Below, one piece after another: positions 17,801 through 21,402 of a stretch of 21,402 bases of DNA. The translations under genes and the position numbers were made by a program. The DNA lies in the NCBI GenBank assembly GCA_040755455.1, contig JBFMAY010000055.1:1-21402 (forward strand). Direction: 5' to 3'. The first letter of the stretch is position 1; every line of letters begins with the position of its first letter. The DNA comes from Thermodesulfobacteriota bacterium (GTDB lineage Bacteria; Desulfobacterota; Desulfobulbia; Desulfobulbales; SURF-16). The notes under the pieces are model-generated. The model was not told the origin of the DNA. It was given only the letters and a program-made list of their open reading frames with translations, and ran no database searches.

Positions 17801-18411
17801 ACAAGGGCAACCATGTGACCCAGCCGTATGCCTATACGGCCAGGGAATGGGACGGCGAGACAGGGTTATACTTTTATCGGGCACGGTATTACGACTCGTA
17901 TGCCGGCAGGTTCATCTCCAAAGACCCGATTGGCTTTGATGGAGGGGATGTGAATTTGTATGGGTATGTGCGGAATAATCCGGTGAATTGGGGAGATCCA
18001 TGGGGGTTGAAAACTTTCATGTGCATGAAGCCTCTGCACGCTCTTGGTGGTGAAGGTGCACGCTCTGGATTGGATGTTCCAGGTAATCCTTTATATCATC
18101 AGTACCTGTGTGTCAATGATGGTAATGAAAGTTACACTTGCGGAGGCCAAGACCAACGCGGTCATAAATGGTATGACCCGATCAGCGGGCCTGGAAAACC
18201 AAGTAACGATAAATACGATCCTCAGACTTGTGAAGAGAAAGAGCCAGACAACTACTGCATAGAGCAATGCCTAGGCAAAAAATTTACAAGTCCGCGCCCT
18301 CGATACGGCATCCCCTTCGGCACCGACTGCCAAGAGTGGTCAGAAGATGCGTTGAAAGGCTGTCATGAGCAATGTGATAGGAGAAAAAAGCAGAACTATG
18401 AAGGAGGTTGA
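14830..18411 (+). CDS. Rhs/YD-repeat polymorphic toxin with Sec-type signal peptide and Cys-rich C-terminal domain
   Basis: ATG 14830 follows GAAGGA. Signal MNTFLKIVLFLTVFTFGLSEPLHA, DUF6531-like VNVANGNLY...YNS...FGWGW, many YDxxGN/YDALGR repeats, Rhs core GLYFYRARYYD...RFISKDPIGFDGGDVNLYGYVRNNPVNWGDPWGL, then a 133-aa C-terminal domain (CT). Confidence 0.93.
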   Translation: MNTFLKIVLFLTVFTFGLSEPLHATSVNVANGNLYEQVSVSPLPRLPVAISYNSKSERESVFGWGWNANFTIRLLLNADGSCVLIDADGAEEMFTPRGDGSFTAAAGVHDRLQKLGDAFRLQRKSGDYIDFAANGLPLAMVDSNANAITLVYEGDKLSMLTGPNGEELTFTTDSQGRIVAITAAADKSFSFTYDGNNNLASITDPAGQTIRYGYDDSHNRIARTNPLGQSCNYHYDAKDRVVATMNSAGEPRAIEYVSDTLTRVIDPLGNATEYSIDEKQHIIAKKDAAGNVTANTWDEAGNKTAVTDASGTVSMTWDARGNLLSRTDQLGQTTSYTYSDLNRITAIMDPQAAVTAFAYDARGNLLAATDALGSTTTFAYDAKGRPVTITDVLGRVTSLTYDRQGNVVSFVDPLGTVTTMAYDAAGNMTAITDALGNTTAFSHDALGRVLTMTDAKGQVTSSIYDGLGNRVAMTDANGNTTRYEYDHRRQVTRIIDALDQRTDIIYPAGGRSPASLTDAREQTTTFAYDSLGRLVRETDPLGMSVTYQYDATGNRICRIDSAGNTTAYAYDALGRLITKTFADGTWAAFSYDNKGRLLTAANQHVAYSMTYDALGRQLSITDSNKRTISYEYDQLGNRTRLIMPDGGRVDYRYDEANRLLAIDSFLGVFSLGYDTLGRRTSLAHPNGVTTEYSYDTLGLLTGIITRGGGRDGLLNSFTYSHDPAGNRLAKSVEAAMGHGRGQRHQTQRFVYTYDAVYQLIDTLAMRENKRREKELRHLSESFTYDPAGNRLTGPRWDDLYTHNEANQLLAGPDHDYIYDANGNLSEKIETSDGGQAGWRYEYDLENRLVKAIRTDEDEIKTVSCKYDPFGRRLEKKVEVRDLRAGCVKTKIYTYVYDNEDIILEIRSGGEDEDNDNDGRGKYGHGWRKQISRPAVSRFVHGPGIDEPLAIDQQGRVYFYHADGLGSITSLTDAKGRVAQTYEYDSFGNLGHKGNHVTQPYAYTAREWDGETGLYFYRARYYDSYAGRFISKDPIGFDGGDVNLYGYVRNNPVNWGDPWGLKTFMCMKPLHALGGEGARSGLDVPGNPLYHQYLCVNDGNESYTCGGQDQRGHKWYDPISGPGKPSNDKYDPQTCEEKEPDNYCIEQCLGKKFTSPRPRYGIPFGTDCQEWSEDALKGCHEQCDRRKKQNYEGG

Positions 18412-18458
18412 AAAATAAACACTAGAATTTCAATCTGGTTAGAGGATAGGGATAAACC

Positions 18459-18794
18459 ATGTTGATTAAATTGCTGAAAATTATTTGGGTTCTCTCTTCC
18501 GTCGCTGTGATTGCCCTAACGTTTCTTCGCTACGACCCCAATTCTGTAAGCGATATTGGAATTTTCCTTGTATACGGCATGCTCTTCCTCGCATTCCCGC
18601 TCAGCCTTGTTGTCGCGGGGCTCTTTGCGTTAGCTGTTTTACTGCAGGAGCAATTGCGGATGCCTATTCTCGACCTTATTAGCTCGAACTATGTTGGTTT
18701 TTCTGTGATGTGGCTTGCCTTCTTTGCCGTGGGCTACCTGCAATGGTTTGTGCTGTTACCGTGGTTATGGAGGAAGTGGAAGAGAAGGCTGTAG
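18459..18794 (+). CDS. Small membrane protein (about 3 TM helices), probable cognate Rhs immunity protein
   Basis: Lies immediately after the Rhs CT on the same strand. 111 aa with three hydrophobic segments and a basic tail (WRKWKRRL). The immunity role is inferred from position. Confidence 0.7.
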   Translation: MLIKLLKIIWVLSSVAVIALTFLRYDPNSVSDIGIFLVYGMLFLAFPLSLVVAGLFALAVLLQEQLRMPILDLISSNYVGFSVMWLAFFAVGYLQWFVLLPWLWRKWKRRL

Positions 18795-18837
18795 TGTCAA
18801 CTTTTTTGTGTGAAATTATTCCAGTCCGATTCTTTAT

Positions 18838-18894
18838 CCTTTGCCTGTGACATGGGCCTTTCTTACCATATTGGGCGGCGTGTGCGCGATTTTT
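18838..18894. repeat. Right copy of the 57-bp direct repeat (orphan uvrC 5' fragment)
   Basis: CCTTTGCCTGTGACATGGGCCTTTCTTACCATATTGGGCGGC... On the minus strand it encodes MSQAK, identical to the UvrC N-terminus, then diverges and stops at 18797. Confidence 0.9.
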
Positions 18895-19057
18895 TTCTCG
18901 CCTTCAGACCGGCATTCTAGTAGATTCAGTGAGTTTCGGAGCTTTTCGACCATTCCCTCGTGGCCCCCATTACCTCCTTGCCACTTCATACCGGGTTGCC
19001 TGTAAAGACCGGCGGGAAAGGATGCTCCGTTTTGACGAACATCAGGAAGAAATCCCC

Positions 19058-21231
19058 ATGCCGCGACTGACCGAACAGGAACAACAGGAAATCATCCGCT
19101 TTATTGAAGCGGACAAGCCGCTGCCGGACAGATACCTTTTTCTGCTCTTCGCGGACAAGCGTGAGGTGGAGCTGGTCTGGAACGGCAAGACCAGCGAGGT
19201 CTGCACCATCGTCCTGCCCTTCCAGACCATCGAACAGGTGGATGAACCCCGGGCCGAGAAGACGGCGGACAAGGCCATCCAGTTGAGCCTGTTCGGCCTG
19301 GACGAACGCGGCCGCCAGCTCAAGGGCTGGACCAACAAGCTCATCTGGGGCGACAACAAACTGATCCTCGCCAGCCTCAAAAACGGCCCGCTGCGGGACG
19401 AGATCGACAAGCAGGGCGGGTTGAAGCTGATCTACATCGATCCGCCCTTTAACGTGGGCGCGGATTTTTCCATGGATATCGAGATTGGTGGAGACACCTT
19501 CACCAAGAAGCCCAATATTCTCGAAGAAATCGCCTACCGCGACACCTGGGGCAAGGGGGCCGACTCCTTCATCAGCATGATCTACGAACGGCTGGTGCTG
19601 ATGCGGGATCTGCTGGCCGAGAATGGCAGTATTTATGTGCATTGCGATTGGAAAACAAGCGGGTACCTGAATATTGTAATGGATGAAGTATTTGGCAAAG
19701 ATAATTTTCGGAATGAGGTTATCTGGCACTATCCAGGACGTGAGATGCACATCGGCACAAAGTTCAACTGTAAACATGACACGCTCTTTTTCTATGCAAA
19801 ATCCGATCAAACAATTCTGCGGATGGAAAATGTTGCTATTCCCTATGACAAGGAAGAGCGGCTCAAGGGTTTGAGACGCAAAGTTCACATTGATCAGGAC
19901 GGCCAAGAGTGGGTCTGGGAAACACGAGGTCAGGCATCAGGCCAAGTGCCTTACAAACGGTATGTCGAAGAAATTATTTCTCAGGGCAAAGCACTGAATG
20001 ACGTTTGGTCTGACCTCCAATTTCTCCGTGGGAATCATCCTGAACGAGCCGATTACCCCACCCAAAAACCAGAAGCCCTCATCGAACGCATCATCAAGGC
20101 CTCTTCCAACGAGGGCGACCTTGTCGCCGACTTCTTCTGCGGTTCCGGCACCACGGCGGCGGTGGCCGAGAAGCTGGGCCGCAAATGGATCGCCACCGAC
20201 CTCGGCAAATTCGCCATCCACACCACCAGGAAACGCCTGATCGGCGTGCAGCGCGGCCTCAAGGCCGCCAGGAAAAACTACCGGGCCTTTGAGATCCTCA
20301 ACCTGGGCAAGTACGAGCGGCAGCATTACATCGGCGTCAATCCCGATCTGCGGGAAGAACAGCGACACCGGCAGATGGCTGAAAAGGAGGCCGCCTTTGT
20401 CGAGCTGATCCTTAAGGCCTACCGGGCGGAAAAAGTGGAAAACTTCGCCGGCTTCCACGGCAAGCGGGCCGGCCGGCTGGTGGCGGTGGGGCCGGTGAAC
20501 CTGCCGGTGACCCGGCTGTTTGTCGAGGAGATTATCCTGGAATGCCGCAGGAAACACATCACCAAGGTGGATATCCTGGGCTTTGAGTTCGAGATGGGGC
20601 TGTTCCCCAATGTGCTGGAGGAGGCACGGGCCAAGGGCATTGACATCGCGCCCAAGTATACATCCCGGCCGAGGTGTTCGACAAGCGGGCGGTGGAAAAG
20701 AACCAGGTGGTGTTCCACGACGTGGCGGCCATCGAGGTCAAGCCGCTTATCACGGAAGGCAAAAAAGGCAAGCCCCCTGCCGTGGCCGTGCAGCTCACCG
20801 ACTTTTCCGTCTTTTACTCCCAGGATTCCATCCAGCACGCCGAGGAAAGTTTGAAAAACAAGGGCAGCAAAATCGTGGTGGAAAAGGGCCGCATCGTCAA
20901 GGTGAGCAGGGACGCCAAGGGCATCCTCACCCGCGAGGTGCTGACCCGGCACTGGACCGACTGGATCGATTACTGGGCCGTGGATTTCAACTTCGAGAGC
21001 AAACGCGAGATCATCCGGGTGCGCAACCCCGAAAGCAACGAGTGGGAGGAACAGTGGACCGGCGACTATATTTTTGAAAACGAATGGCAGAGCTTCCGCA
21101 CCAAAAAGGACCGGTCGCTCGAACTGACCAGCGTGGCCCATGAATGCCTGCCCGGCCGCCGCAAGATTGCCGTCAAGGTGGTGGATATCTTCGGCAACGA
21201 CACCATGACGATTATCGAGGTGACGGTATGA
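19058..21231 (+). pseudogene. Site-specific adenine DNA methyltransferase (beta class, type III Mod-like), frameshifted at 20657-20660
   Basis: LIWGDN, catalytic YIDPPF, IYVHCDW, YPTQKPEALIERII, SAM-binding DFFCGSGTT. AAG-TA-TAC-ATC-CCG: removing one TA joins the two track ORFs into a 723-aa protein (...APKYIPAEVFDKRAVEK...VKVVDIFGNDT). A sequencing error is not excluded. Confidence 0.85.
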
Positions 21232-21402
21232 GTCCGAATGTCCTGTCAAGGGATGATATTTTTTACGTACTCCGGCTTATGAAGGAGCAACTGCAAGTCC
21301 GCTACGGGGTGACGCGGATCGGCGTCTTTGGCTCAGTGGCCCGGGGAGAGGCAAGCGCTGAAAGCGACGTGGATATCGTGGTGGAAATGGAACCGAATCT
21401 TT
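21228..21402 (+). CDS. Minimal nucleotidyltransferase (MNT/MntA-like), partial
   Basis: My translation: MSPNVLSRDDIFYVLRLMKEQLQVRYGVTRIGVFGSVARGEASAESDVDIVVEMEPNL, carrying the GSxARG...SDVD motif. ATGA overlap with the methyltransferase stop. Confidence 0.85.
   Translation, partial: MSPNVLSRDDIFYVLRLMKEQLQVRYGVTRIGVFGSVARGEASAESDVDIVVEMEPNL

Noticed and set aside
13986..18837. Calling the cassette an autonomous mobile element
   Set aside because: No integrase, transposase or terminal inverted repeats are visible in the window. Only the flanking direct repeat is supported.

Overview
Anaerobic deltaproteobacterial-type (likely Desulfobacterota) chromosome segment in two parts. Left (1-13944), all on the minus strand: a housekeeping and Wood-Ljungdahl block. 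In transcription order it reads uvrC, nifU, nifS, thyX, fhs, a stand-alone PilB/PulE ATPase with an N-terminal MshEN-like motif and a C-terminal cNMP-binding domain, folD, cooS/acsA (CO dehydrogenase), and a MetF with a long C-terminal extension that runs off the window (probable fusion; missing from the ORF track). Right (14001-21402), on the plus strand: accessory DNA. A sigma70 promoter, a c-di-GMP-I riboswitch and an intrinsic terminator with a readable antiterminator precede a secreted hypothetical protein, a Sec-signal Rhs/YD toxin with a Cys-rich C-terminal domain, and a membrane immunity candidate. This 4.9-kb cassette is bracketed by a 57-bp direct repeat that duplicates the uvrC start region. 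It is followed by a type III-like DNA methyltransferase broken by a TA duplication, and a partial MNT nucleotidyltransferase. The best candidate for a new system is the riboswitch-gated, Sec-exported Rhs toxin/immunity cassette inserted at the uvrC 5' end.
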